DNA of 64,000 bases, from contig CM052817.1 in assembly GCA_028534125.1 (NCBI GenBank), positions 82,648,001-82,712,000 of the forward strand, in the 5' to 3' direction. Below are positions 1 through 12,255 of this stretch, piece by piece. Below the pieces are notes generated by a model. It searched no databases, was not told where the DNA came from, and saw only the letters and a list, made by a program, of their open reading frames with translations. The stretch comes from Lama glama (taxonomy: Eukaryota). Position numbers and translations under genes: made by a program. Positions within the stretch are counted from its first letter, which is position 1; each line of letters begins with the position of its first letter.

Positions 1-61
1 CTGAAGAGAGGCTATGGCCTTACCTGTGCTGCTATCTCTGAGTGGTGGGGAGCTGAGAGAG

Positions 62-372
62 CACAAAAAGCACACATATAAAGCAAAATTTATGCCCATC
101 CCATTTATAAATGAATGAAAAATTATAAATAAAACATCAGCATGCTAAATCTAGCAATGTAGAAAAAATTAAATATCACAACAAAGAGTTTTTCCCAGGA
201 ATACAAGGATGCTTCCGCATTCAGAAACCTATTTATTAAGAGATGAGAACAGACAAATCCTGAAAAAGCATTTGATGAAAGCCAATGCTTGTCCCTGATA
301 AAAATCTCTTAGCACTAGAGTTAGAAAAAAAATTGTATGTAATAGTAATACATCAGAAAAATTCCTAACGAA
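62..372 (+). mobile_element. Old L1 (L1M) ORF2 fragment, start of the reverse-transcriptase region, degenerate
   Basis: Decayed matches to ORF2 motifs ENYRPISL..KILNKILA (gcaaaatttatgcccatcccattt), GFIPGMQGWF (tttttcccaggaatacaaggatgc) and AEKAFDKIQ (cctgaaaaagcatttgatgaaagccaa). Confidence 0.8.
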
Positions 373-377
373 GTCAG

Positions 378-1200
378 AAAAAAAGCACATTCTTTTTTAG
401 CACTGATTGTATATTCACCATGATAGTCCACATCCTGGGCCAAAAAAAACTCAGAAAATTTAAAATAAGTGAAATCATACAGAGTGTGTTATCTAACATA
501 CCAGAATCAACTAAAATCAGTAATTGAAAGACAACAGAAAAATCTCTGTATAAGTGACAATTAAGCAATATACTTCTAAAAATATCCATGAGACAAAGAG
601 TAAGTCTAAAAGAAAATTTTAAATATTTAGAATCACAGGACTGACTAAAAATTAAATACAAAATATCAAAGTATGTGGGACATAGATAAAGCAGTGCTAA
701 AAAGGAAACTTACTGCACTAAAGGCTTACATTAAAAAAGAAGAAAGAATCAAATTGAAAATTTAAGTTATTACCTCAAGAACTGAGGAAAAAAAGTAAAA
801 TACACCCAAACCCAGCAGAAGGAGGGAAACAATAAATATGAAAAGAGAAATCAATGAATTTGAAAACAGTAGAAAAAAGTCATTGAAAAAAGCTGACTCT
901 TTGAGAAAATAAACCTGATAAACCTCTAGTAAGACTAACAATAATAAAAAGAGAGAAGACTACTAAAATTTAATCAAGATGACAGCAGAAATCGAAATCC
1001 CGTGAAGTTAAAGAAATTATCTACATTATTAAGAGGATTCCAAAAATAAATCTTCAAGTCCCTATGGTTTTACTGAAGAATATTACAAAATAATCAAAGA
1101 ATAATTAACACCAATTTTATACAATATATTTCAGAAAAAAATAGGTAATACCTGATTGTTCTAACTTCTTTCCCAAAGCAGCCTGATGAAAATGATGCCA
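378..1200 (+). mobile_element. Old L1 (L1M) ORF2 fragment, endonuclease C-terminus to pre-RT linker, with internal deletion
   Basis: Remnants of YTFFS..IDHILG (cacattcttttttagc..tagtccacatcctgggcc), SDH (ttatctaacatacc), WDTAKAVL (tgggacatagataaagcagtgcta) and SPGPDGFTGEFY (tcttcaagtccctatggttttactgaagaatattac). Confidence 0.88.
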
Positions 1201-1399
1201 CTGTTCAGAGATTAGGATGCATAAGTCACAACTCTCTCAAGTGTGTATGGGAGCGTGTATGGTGTGTTCCCCCCAATAGTGCTTCCCGTACTCTATTACC
1301 ACAAACCTGGAGATTGAGCATGTATCCTCCAGGCTCCGCACTGCTACTTGCATATGTAAAGTCTCCAAATGTCTGGATAGATCACTTCCTTTACATTTA

Positions 1400-1640
1400 T
1401 TGAAGATTTTAACATCTGAATTCACCACCTCTTCTTATAGATTTATGATTTCAGTATCAACATATCAGATCCTTTTAGAACCCTAGTCTTCTATTATCTT
1501 GACTTCTTTTCCTTATGCCATCTCAGCTACTCATTTACATGATGAAATAGGTAAACCTGTTACTTCTAATGAGTGCACCTCCACCATCATCTCTATTTAA
1601 CCTCCACTCTCTGTACCACAGCCATATTCTCCCTCTAATA
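1400..1640 (+). mobile_element. L2 LINE fragment (ORF2 endonuclease region)
   Basis: Pyrimidine-rich segment resembling L2 (ctcagctactcat..cctgttacttctaat..ccactctctgtaccacagcc). Confidence 0.55.
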
Positions 1641-1872
1641 TTCCAATTATAATAAATATTCAAATATAAGACCTATAATTTATTTAATGTTTTAATTTAT
1701 TAAATATTTTAATTTGTCATCTTCTATATTGAACTTACTTTTTTTTTTAAATTAAATTTTAGAAGTTTTTTCTGGCATCCACCTTTGATCATGGTGTGAT
1801 AGAGACAGCACCTATTGCCTCCCGAGAACCATCCCTTCCTGCCACGTTTATAGTAGTATCGAACTGATAGTT

Positions 1873-1924
1873 TACACCAGAAATTGACACACTGTAACTG
1901 ACTATACTTCAATTTAAAGAAAAC
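1873..1924 (+). mobile_element. Extremely 5'-truncated young (camelid-type) L1 3' tail
   Basis: tacaccagaaattgacacactgtaactgactatacttcaatt plus A-rich tail; near-identical to the tails at 38.2 kb and 63.1 kb in this window. Confidence 0.9.
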
Positions 1925-2089
1925 TGAGCTTAAATATTTATACCACATAGTCTGTAAACATTTTCTAGCACACAACTGCCTTCAAATCCCTTATGCTTGC
2001 ACTCATCCACATTTCCCTGACCACATTGTGTCTGTGAATATAGATCTGGCTTTATCTTCTTTGCACCTGGATCTCTGCCTATCTCTCAT

Positions 2090-2310
2090 CATACATACCA
2101 CACCTCACTTTTTATAATCCATCTCCATATTTCATAGTTATCTGTCCCATTATGTAAAGTCTACTTCCAGCTATGAAAACAAAACCTTCATAAAAGGAAG
2201 GATTTTTTTTTCAGCTTTTCTCCCCTTTGTTGTAGAAAAAAAAATCTAAAATAGTTCTTGGCATATTAATAACAAATATTAATACATTTTATTCAATTAA
2301 TTAAATGATA
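2090..2310 (+). mobile_element. L2 3' end
   Basis: Ends in tagttcttggcatattaataacaaatattaatacattttattcaattaattaaatga, a decayed L2 terminus. Confidence 0.6.
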
Positions 2311-2369
2311 TAAATAGTTTTGAAATAGATTTTTAGATTTTTAACCTACCCGTGTAACATATGCTATTC

Positions 2370-2870
2370 TTTTTTTAATGTAATATTTGATTTGGATGAA
2401 GATTATATGTAATATATAATCATAAGGCATAATACCAATAAGCACCTATTAAATTCCCCCACTTTAAAGTATTACCAACCCAGTGTTTTTCTCACCCATT
2501 CCATTCCTTTGCTTCCCCTCTGTGGTAACAAATTAAATTGGTGTTTGCTAATTCTACAAATTTAAAAAGTAGTTTCATTGTAAAATGATACTGTTTGATT
2601 TTTTTTTTACTGTTTGATTTTTAAATTGTATAAAAGTGATATACCTGTGTAGTCTTTTAAGAACTAGCTTTTTTCATTCTCAAATGTGTTTTAAAATTTA
2701 AGGTGTTGTATGTAGTTGTCATTTATTTTTAATATGTGAATATCAGGCTTTGCTTAGCCACTTTAAAGTGAACATTTCATGTATTTATAGTTTTTGGTAT
2801 TGTGAAGAGTACTGCTAAGAATATTCTTGCAAACATTCCCTGGTACACATTTCCAAGAAAACTCTGGAGA
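2370..2870 (-). mobile_element. Old L1 (L1ME-like) 3' region
   Basis: Antisense L1 signature ttttggtattgtgaagagtactgctaagaatattcttgcaaacattccctggtacaca. Confidence 0.7.
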
Positions 2871-2894
2871 AAACTAAATCCATTATATTTCTAT

Positions 2895-3115
2895 TTCATA
2901 TTAGGAATCAATTCAAGAAATATAAACATAATGCATTTAAATAATTTAAAATATAAAATGTTTAAGAATAATAAAATATCTACATTGAAAACTACAGAAT
3001 ACTGCTGAGAGAAAATAAATATATGGAAAATATATTCATCTATTAGAAAACTCAGTTTTATTAAAATACTGATTCTCTTTAAATTTACCTAAAGGTGCAG
3101 TACAATCTCAATCAT
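2895..3115 (+). mobile_element. Old L1 ORF2 fragment (post-RT)
   Basis: Remnants of LGIN..LYIENYRILLRE..WKDI..LKFT..AISI. Confidence 0.7.
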
Positions 3116-3254
3116 GTTGAACTTTTTAACTCAAAAACTCAGTATTTTAATTACAAGTATTATTTAAATTGTTGGAGTACTGTCCAAATACACATCAGTT
3201 ATTTTTAGCATAACACGGAGCATTAAAAGCTTGATCTTATAGTAAATATTAATG

Positions 3255-3340
3255 ACTCCAAAAAATCTGGGAAGGATTTTCTAGTTTTAAGAAATTTTCA
3301 GGTGATTGTGATGCACACCAAATTTTGAGAAGAATCTTAT
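3255..3340. mobile_element. MER5A-like hAT-Charlie MITE fragment
   Basis: caggtgattgtgatgcacaccaaattttgagaa matches the MER5A end as I recall it (caggtgattctgatgcacactaaagtttgagaa). Confidence 0.7.
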
Positions 3341-5339
3341 CTCTGTACTCGGTTTTTAATTTTCTAAGAGTTTAAATATTTGGTTTAATAATTAAATTCT
3401 CAATAAAATACAGTCATTGAAATCCAATCAACACTGCAAAAGCCACAACTTTAAATTTTTGCATTTCTGCACTTACCAGAACACATCAAATACTTCCCTT
3501 TCTCAGTATCTTTCAAAAATATATCAGTGCTTAAAATCAGAGGTAGATTATTATTTTTACCTATAATTTTACAAATAATCATAATTACCTGTTAAAATGA
3601 TATTGAAAAAGGCAATGTTTTTCAGTACTTCATAAGACAGCAGTAATTCCATGTGCTTTGTGAAAGCTATGGAAATGTGAATTGTAATTGAATTTTGTGG
3701 TTATACACACTGAAAAATGTCTGTTAGAATTGGCAAAGCACAATAAAGAAGTATTTATTTAACCATTTTGTTTTAAAAGTTGTCATTGCCAAGTTTTGAA
3801 GGAACAAAACATAAAACCTAGCTAATGCCCAAATACTACACCAGAGGGTATATTTTTCCTGAAGCCATCTGGAAAGCAGCTAATGCCCTGAAGTTTGAGA
3901 ACTGATAGCCCTTTTCATTTTTATCCTCACCAGTGTAGGTCTTTAAAACATTTTATAACTTCTAAGTCAGACATGCCATACCACAATACAAAATGGTAGC
4001 CGAGATCAAAGCTCAAGAGCCTGATATTCAACAAGATTTCTCATCTTACACATGGCATGTTGTCTTATGCGTTATTTATGTCGAGTTAAAGAAAACATGA
4101 AGTGAATTCTAATTCAGTATACCTCAACAAGATAACTACCTGGTGTAGTCCCAATCCTTATATACAAAAAACAGTTTGTGTGCCATGGAGCAAATGATTA
4201 CTTAGAGGGGAAAACTCACTCAGGTTGCATAGTAAATCTTAAAAGCGTATCATCTGTAGTAGTATATACTTAACTGTAAAGTAGAATCCAAAGGTAATTA
4301 TTATGTGCAAGACATTCATAACCAAAAGTATAAAATCTTAGAATTTAAAGGTTTGGTTTTTTTTTTAGGTGTCATCTTACAAATATTCACCTTTATAAAC
4401 CAGAAACTTCCTCTACCATATTCACTGCAACCTATTACCTTGCATAAGAAAGGGGAGAAATCAAAAACAGTAAGATGAAACTGAGTGCCTTCCTAGAGAA
4501 TTAATATCACTCAATATTTTAAGAAAATAAACTTCTGAAGTTTTTGCAACTCCTAAATATAAGCATATGGAAGCAACTTCGTGAAAAGTTTATTACCGAG
4601 TACCAACAGAAGTCAGGAATCGTACTTTGGTATTACAACAGCAGTGAGCCAGGGATTAGGGAAGCTCCTCTCCTAAGTGTTCTTAAATAAGCAGGCACCA
4701 TACAAAATGAAAAACAGTCATGACAGAAAGAGAATCAGCCTTATTAATATGTTCTAAAATAAGATCTGTTTCTTTGCATCTCCTGGGACTTGAAATGTTG
4801 AGATGTGAAGAAAGAGAGAGAGAGATTGAGAAACCTGGCTATACCTGTGGACCAGGAGGCAGAAAGAAGAGGTTGCCCACTCTTGGATGAGGGTTCAGCC
4901 CTTATCATATGGATCACAGAAGTGCAAGAACACTGCCATGGTATCTGACCCTAAAGGTCTTTCCTGTTAACCATGCCTATTTATACAACTGTACATGAAC
5001 ATTTTCCCTTTCTGAGAGAGAAGTAATATATAACTAGAAAAATGCATGTAAATAAGGAGACACATAACAAGCTTTCAAACAAAGAATTGCCTTCATTACC
5101 ATTTTTATTAGCAACAGTATTACTATTACTACTACTAATACTAATTCTATTTCTGCAACAGTAGTGCTACCTCTACGTACCTGCTGGGATACCTGCAAGG
5201 ATGGCGGGTTCAGGACTATCTGTAACAAGGTCTGGGGTGTTAGATGGATCATGGGGTTTGTAGTGTTTTTCAAGCTGTTATTAAACTAAAACCTGCCTCT
5301 CAACAAATTGTATCTACTTAAATTTTTTTTTCTCTTTAT

Positions 5340-5560
5340 GGGAACAATTTTTCTCAATAACCCTTATTCAGATATTGGAAAAGAATGTTGTATCTCAAGT
5401 TTGTTTACTCAGTTTTCTCATCTGAAGTGGTTCCTATTACCATTACTGTCTTGTTCTCTCTCATCCAAATATGGTTTGGTCCCTCAGTGTCCTTTGTAAA
5501 TGTGGTGCTCTGAATTGTATAAAGTGTTACCCATACAGTTAGAACATCAAAGGAAGTAAG
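5340..5560 (-). mobile_element. L3/CR1 LINE fragment
   Basis: gtgtcctttgtaaatgtggtgctctgaattgtataaagtgttacc resembles antisense L3 (..aaatgtggtgcccagaactgaacacaatactcc). Confidence 0.5.
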
Positions 5561-5649
5561 AAACTCTTACGTGTTAATTGGGAAACTTTTTTCAACTTTA
5601 TTTAGGATTGTGGTATCTTGTTTCCATTAAAGTGACTGGTATTCTGATG

Positions 5650-5860
5650 ACTTCCCCCTCCTGGCTCCCTTAATGAAATTAATCACCTAGTCCTCATGCT
5701 TTCACCTCATAATTACCTTTTTTTTTTAAGTGCACATTCCTCTTCCTGTCTATAATATTTTAAATTATCTGTTTGTTCAGCTGTCTCTCTTATGGTACAT
5801 TGTCTTGGTGTACAGGGAGAACCACATTCATTTTGACATTTCCAGTATTTATAGATAAAC
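5650..5860 (+). mobile_element. L2 3'-region fragment
   Basis: ttatctgtttgttcagctgtctctc..acagggagaaccacattcattttgacatttccagta pattern. Confidence 0.5.
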
Positions 5861-7599
5861 ATATCAGCAAAATACTAGATTGAGAATTTGCAGTCCAAAA
5901 TATAGTATTTCACTTTCAAGTTCAGATGCTTTGTAAATATCTAGTCATAAAACACTTTCCAATAATTTATTTAAAATGATGAACCAAGAACTATAAAGCT
6001 TCAACCATTTACTTCTGTAATATATATTCAATATGCAAAATATGAGCATTTTATTTTTTTAAAGTGAAACACAAAATTATTTTAAAGGATCATTTAGATA
6101 ATGTTGTATTACTATAAGTACTAGTAGAAATAATATTCTACACATATTCAAAAACACAGATTTCAATATGTCCTAAATGGTGCTATGTTAAAAAATAAGA
6201 TTTTATTAAGATCATTTTTTTCTTAGCTCAAATTTTAAAGAAGTTTAACAAATTAGGTTTTTCTTTTTAACAAATATAGTTGTCTTAATTTCCAGATCAA
6301 AATTAAAAATTACTGATGCAGAGAAATTTCCCTTTGTAAATGTCTGAAAACAAATAATTATTTTATTAATAACCTAGAAATATGAGTTTTTAAAAAACTG
6401 CATCATAGCATTTACAGATGGAAAAAATTTAGATTTCTAAGAGCCATCTGTTGATGAAAGCCTTTAACTTGCTATTTGTTGGCACTTGTTTCAAGACAAG
6501 TTACTATTTTTAGCAAAGTCATTTCATAAAATTTGTCCCATTTAAGATGCTGCTATCAAGTGTTAATGGAAAATAAGTGAGAATATTATCTTCAGTAATC
6601 TTAGAACTGGAAAAATATTCTAATGACAGAGTCCCATCTTAATTTATTTTTGGCTTAGTAAGGAAATTAAAATTTTCATTTTTTTCAGTATAATGACAAA
6701 ATATCTCCTAAAATTACTTTAACTCAGGACATTTGACTTTTTTAAAAAAATCAATATTTAATTTTATCTTAAAACAAACAACGTGAAACAAAGCAAAACA
6801 ACTAAGCTTTCTTAAACTGAAGTTTGAAATTTCTTCTACCTACCTTCTAGTCTACCAGAGTACTTGAGTTTTACTTTATAGGATTACATGTCCTTTAATG
6901 ACCTTACAATTAGCTCAAAATGAAACAATTGATTTTCTACATTTTTTTTTTTTAGTATTTACAATGTTTCCCTTCATGTTTATCCACTTGGATTTGTATC
7001 TTTTTTGATAAAATGAAAAAGTTAAGTGAAATTGACATTTAAAAAGTCATTAGAAGACACATCCAAATACTTTCCTAAGTGCTGAATTTTGGCACTGAAG
7101 GTGCTGGACCCTTGAAATATCTTCTTTAATCTATGCAATAGCAACTCTGGCTTAGAAGTACTTTTAGTACATATGCCTATTCCTTTTCCCCCAATTTATT
7201 TTCAATCACAATTTAAAGAAAATGAAAATGTAGAGGTTATGAGGATTTATACCTTCTGAACCTTGAGACGTATTGTACTCCATGAAATCTCCATGAGCTT
7301 TTTTAAGATGTGACTTTAGGTATTAATCAGGTAAACACAAGCTTGTACTGGGGTTCTCTACTGAGATAGTTACTTATTCATCTTTTCTGAGAAATACTGG
7401 GATGTAAAATTTTAAGCACTTGCTAAATAATTAAATGATTGTTATTCAAGAAATTAAAAGCGATAAAATTCTCTTCTCACTGTCATACAGTCTATGTCTT
7501 CATAGCAGTGGATTATTTTCTAATTAAAAATACTTCTTATTCTACCACTTTTATAAGAGGAGGGATGTCCTTTGCACCTATGAAGTTTCTACCCACTTT

Positions 7600-7890
7600 G
7601 TGTGTCCTCCATGAAGATTTATCTGAATATCTCAATGACACACAATATTTTCCCCTCTTCTCAACTCATTTCACATATATAATCTCTCTATCTTTTAAAT
7701 CATACACCTCCTGATCTTATTTCATGGCTACTGTGCAAAAACCTTATGTGCTTTGCCACCCCCTTTCCCTTCCACTATGAAACTGCAAGCTCCTCAAGGC
7801 CATAGGCTATGTGGTAAATTCCTTCATATATTGTCACAGCACCAGTACTGAGCAACGCACAGAACAAATGATTTAAAAATACTTTCCGTG
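7600..7890 (+). mobile_element. L2 3' end
   Basis: actgcaagctcctcaaggccataggctatgt..tcacagcaccagtactgagc is the typical L2 terminus. Confidence 0.7.
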
Positions 7891-8949
7891 TTGTATAATT
7901 ACTCCATTCTTGCAGCAAACCTCATTTGGTTATAACATTAAGAAAATACTTTCTGAATTAACTTAGGATTTTGAGGTGTGCTTATTAAAACTAATTTTAC
8001 GTCAGAGGAACAAGTTGTGTGGGGCAAACAGTATTTAGTCTCTACTAGGGCTTGGCAGCATAAGTGATTGGAACTCTGGCAAACATCATGCTGCCAGTCG
8101 AAGAGAAAACAGTTGGCAGGGAACCAACAAATAAAAATTCTCAGTATTTTTTCAAGGGTAAACCTAGGGTGAATTAAAGCTCTGAAGTCTACTAAAACGA
8201 GAATAACTAAAACATGTAAATTATACTTTCCTCCTCTCCCTGTCAACTAAACAGGCATGGTTTTATAAGCATGGTTTAATCCAAAAAGCAGATGTACTTT
8301 TTCCTTGCAATACTAAATGAAGCCAACGGGCTTACACAGTGCTTTATTTCCCCCCCTCCCCTGTGGTTATTGGAAATGGCAGGTTGAAAGAACTAAGGAT
8401 TATAATTTCAGAGCATGGCAGTAGATGCAAAGAATTGAGTTCCAATCCTTCAGAGGAAATAGGAAACAAAAACAAAACAAAACAAAATAAAGAAAGAATA
8501 AAAGAGGGACATATAAAGGAAGAGTACTGGCATTAAAAACAATGATGTCAATCAGAAACTACATCATGAAATAAGCAATGACAATACTAAAAAGCTAGTA
8601 TTATAAGCCCATAAATAGCCCTTTGACATGTACCTGAGGGATCTTTTATGTTAAATCAATTTCTACTCAACAAATTTGTCAGATGTTTACTATCATTTAA
8701 CTAGCCTCCTATGAATATCTAAATCCCTTCCTCGAAGAATCCAAGAGACACCATGTTTTTCTGGTGTGATGGCCTGGGAGGCGATACTTGCTGAATCGAT
8801 AGGCTTTTTCTAAACAGGGCTATGGAATTTAGCTCTCATATGGCTTCTTACTCATTTCTGTTTTCACATCATATTGCTTAGTGCCTACTACTCAAAACTA
8901 CTTTTGACATTTTTATGTACAAAATGTAATTGTTAAATGGGTCAAGCAA

Positions 8950-9140
8950 TAATTTTGTGGCCAAAAACATCTCATTCTGAGTCCAACACTGACATGTATT
9001 AGCTAGTTGTATGATGCAGTAAAAGTGGCATAAAGTTTAAGCTTTTTGGGTTTTGAGTTTTTAGAAGATTAAACTTAAATCTAGGTAAAGCACTTTATAG
9101 CTGGTGTATATTAGACATTCGATAAATGATTATTATTAAT
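8950..9140 (+). mobile_element. MIR SINE, highly diverged
   Basis: ttctgagtccaacactgacatgtattagc.. and gtaaagcactttatagctggtgtatattagacattcgataaatgattattatt. Confidence 0.55.
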
Positions 9141-9824
9141 AACAAACAAACCTAAGGGCATTACAGAATCTGACCTTACAGTGAAGAAAATATGAAATTC
9201 CAGTTTCCTTCTGAGTCACATGCAAATAAAAAGGGTTTTAAATGTTCTGTGTATGCTGGGCCTTCAGGTTTGCTTTTGCTTCCCAAGTCCAAAGTCTCTG
9301 GCTAGAAACACACTGCAACAAGTCAGCAGAATCCTCGATAGGAATTTTCTGCATTGATCGGCTAAGGTGCTAAACAGTTCCTTACAGAGTCTCAACTGAG
9401 TGAGAGTCTTAGACACACTTTTAGTTCACAGCAATAACTAGCTTTCATCCAGAATGAGGCACTTCAATTAAGTTATTCAGAATACCAGTAAGGAAAATTA
9501 GAATTTGAGCATATATTCAAGACCTTGTGACTGCAGGCAATAGACCAGAAATAAGCTGAAATACTTCATAACTATGTCTATCCTATGTGTTGTATTATAT
9601 ATGAGGAATTCAACAGTGTTTAATAAGAAACACAGAGTATTTTTGTTCTAATTTGGATTTCATTATGTAGCTAAATCTAGTGTGGAATGTATAATTGCAT
9701 TTAAGTTTGAGTGCCAGGAATCCCATGTTCTTCGTGCCTCATAAGATCTACAAATGCACCAGGAAAAGGAAGCCAAAATGTGGGAGTCTTACATGTGCAC
9801 TACAGGCTTGCAAAAGGCTCAACA

Positions 9825-10555
9825 ATAACAATGATACCAAAACCAGCAACAATTCTAAGAGCAACTAAAATGCTGAGCGTTTATCATATATATGCCAGGC
9901 TCCTTTCTGTGTTCTTTACCTGTGTTACCTCATCTATCAACACTGCAGCTCTGAGTTTACTCTTGTCATTTACTGTGTAAGTCAGGGTTCTCCAGGGAAG
10001 CAGAACCTCTCTCTCTTGCTCCCTCAATCTATCTCTCTGAGGAGATTTATTACAGGAATGAGCTTACGTGGTTATTACCATCTGCCTTCTGCAAGCTGGA
10101 GAGCCAGGAAAGCTCAACTGCGCTACACAGCTCAAAGGCAGGACCATGGGGTGGGAGTCTGGGGGAGATGTTGTAAGTTCTTGTCTGAGTCAGCAACTCC
10201 AAGAACCAGGAGTGCCAAAGATCAAGGGCGGGAGACAACAGGTGTCTCAGCTCAAGCACAGAATGAACCAGCCCTTCTTCTGCCTCTTGTTCTAGTCAGG
10301 CTTTCAGCAGACGGGCTGATGCACACTTGCACTGGCGTGGGACGTCTTTCCTTAGTCTGCTGCTTCAAAGGCTAATCTCTCCTGAAGACACCTCCCAGAC
10401 ACAGTCAGAAACAATGCTTACCAGTTATCTGGGCCTCTTTTAGCCCGGTCATGTTGACACATATTAACCATCCCATTATCTAAATTTTACATACAGGTAA
10501 ACTGGGGATTAGAGAGGGTAAATAATTTCCCCCAAATTAACACTTAGTAAATAAA
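9825..10555 (-). mobile_element. MIR SINE split by an MLT2 LTR (pieces 9825-9973 and 10476-10555)
   Basis: tgagcgtttatcatatatatgccaggc..tgttacctcatctatc on the left; the core attttacatacaggtaaactggggattagagagggtaaataatttccccc resumes on the right. Confidence 0.75.
9974..10475 (-). mobile_element. Solo LTR, MLT2 family (ERVL)
   Basis: Begins tgtgtaagtcagggttctccagggaagcagaacc and ends gtcatgttgacacatattaaccatccca, the reverse complement of MLT2 termini; same family as the LTR at 28.6 kb. Confidence 0.88.
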
Positions 10556-11498
10556 TAAATTTAAAAGAATTTTATAAATTTGAATATATCTTGATGGATA
10601 TGAGTAAATAATTTGTGTAGTTTCTCTCAGGAGAAAAGCTCCGCTCCTGCTGAATGAATTACGTATTTACTCATATTTATTTTATAGTTCACATTACATT
10701 TTAATGTTAATATCTGATACCTCTAGATAATTTTCCCACTAGTAGAATTAGTATTTAGAAATGACTTAATACTAATACTTAATATTATAGTTGACTTGCA
10801 TGATATATCATAAAAAAAACTACAATTTTTTTAAACCTTGTCTTAATTATCTAACTTTAAGAGAGAGACATGGTGGCTTCCAACAGCCACTAAGTCATTC
10901 AGGAAATGCAGACTGCTGGAGAGAAATACAACATAGCAGGTAAATTATGAAGACTGACAGACAGGACTCCTTCAAGAAACTGCTAACTGAGGTTGGATTT
11001 AAGATTCCTGAAGCAGCTGTGTCTCAAGCTGGGCCACTACATGTCCCCACAAGGAGGGGCCCCATTACTTCTCATTAGCAGGAGTTTTCTGATGTTCACA
11101 TTTCTCAGAATATAGACTCAGTTGTTCATAGAACCCAATGAGAGAAAAATGCTATGCTATCTCTAAAATTTGTATTCCCTTTCCCATAATCAATTTCTCC
11201 CCATAATGACTGACACTAAAAAAGACAACTTTCTGTTGAGGAAACCCCAAATTCTACTGATTGGTTAAGGCATTAGGCTGACCATGTACCTAAGAATCAC
11301 ACAGTCACCACACAGACTTCTGCTCACAACATTGATTTTACACGAATAAAATAAAATACATAAGATATAAGAAAAACAACTGTGCTGAAATGAATGAGCT
11401 TTTAAATTATGCTTTAAATAAACAGATATAGTACTGGGTCCCATTAAAACCGTAATTTCAATAGACTTATAAGGCAAACAATATTTCAGGCTCTTTGC

Positions 11499-11517
11499 AA
11501 AAAAAAAAAAAAAAAAA
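11499..11517 (+). repeat. Poly(A) tract (A19)
   Basis: Seen directly. Confidence 0.95.
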
Positions 11518-12139
11518 GTAAAGAAAATTTAACAAATTTGCAACCAAGTGTCAAAGAAATTTCTATTGGTGACAAACTCACAGGTACTAATAGTCGTGAC
11601 ATTACTGAAAATAGAGATAAAATTATTTCACCCATAAACTGTTCAACTTCCCCCTAGTATTTCATCTGCAAACCCTTTGTAAGTGCTTTCAATCTAGGTT
11701 GTCAACTCTAGTGTAGAGGCCAGCAAGAAGATGTAAGGGCCTTCATAAAATGGGCCTGATAATAATTGTTGATATTAAGACAAAAAGCTTCTAAGAACAG
11801 AATAGTATGTTTTAACCAACTTGAATGAGGTAAATGAACTCAGCCTCTCAAAACCCTAAGAAAGCCTGCTATTCACACTTGAATGTATTTTAGGAGAAAC
11901 AAATCAAACAAAAATGAGATTTGGTTTATTGTAGAGAGGAGAGGAAAGGATATTACATCCACTTTAAATTGAAACTCCACTGGAGAAAGAAACTCAGATC
12001 CACATGGAAATTTAGTGAAAAATTTTGGAAAACAAAAAACTGTTTGAAACAAATCAATTATATTATATGGGCCCCCCAAAAGAGAGAATTTGACTTAATC
12101 TTTTTTGATTCTCAAAATACAGAGTGAATGTAACCAACA

Positions 12140-12255
12140 TCTGGGTAATATAAACAATGTGGTGATGAACATCTTTGTATAAAACCCTGTGTACATCAGT
12201 GTATGATTTCCTGGGATATATTCCAAAAAGTAGAATTTCTAGTTCAAAGCATCAA
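12140..12255 (-). mobile_element. Old L1 (L1ME-like) fragment
   Basis: taaacaatgtggtgatgaacatctttgtata..tttcctgggatatattccaaaaagtagaatttctagttcaaag. Confidence 0.75.

Noticed and set aside
8690..8809. CpG-containing minus-strand segment after ccctgtttag
   Set aside because: All frames reach stops before a credible donor; no recognisable peptide.
10016..10375. Overlapping ORFs of 119, 75 and 69 aa
   Set aside because: Entirely inside the GC-richer MLT2 solo LTR.
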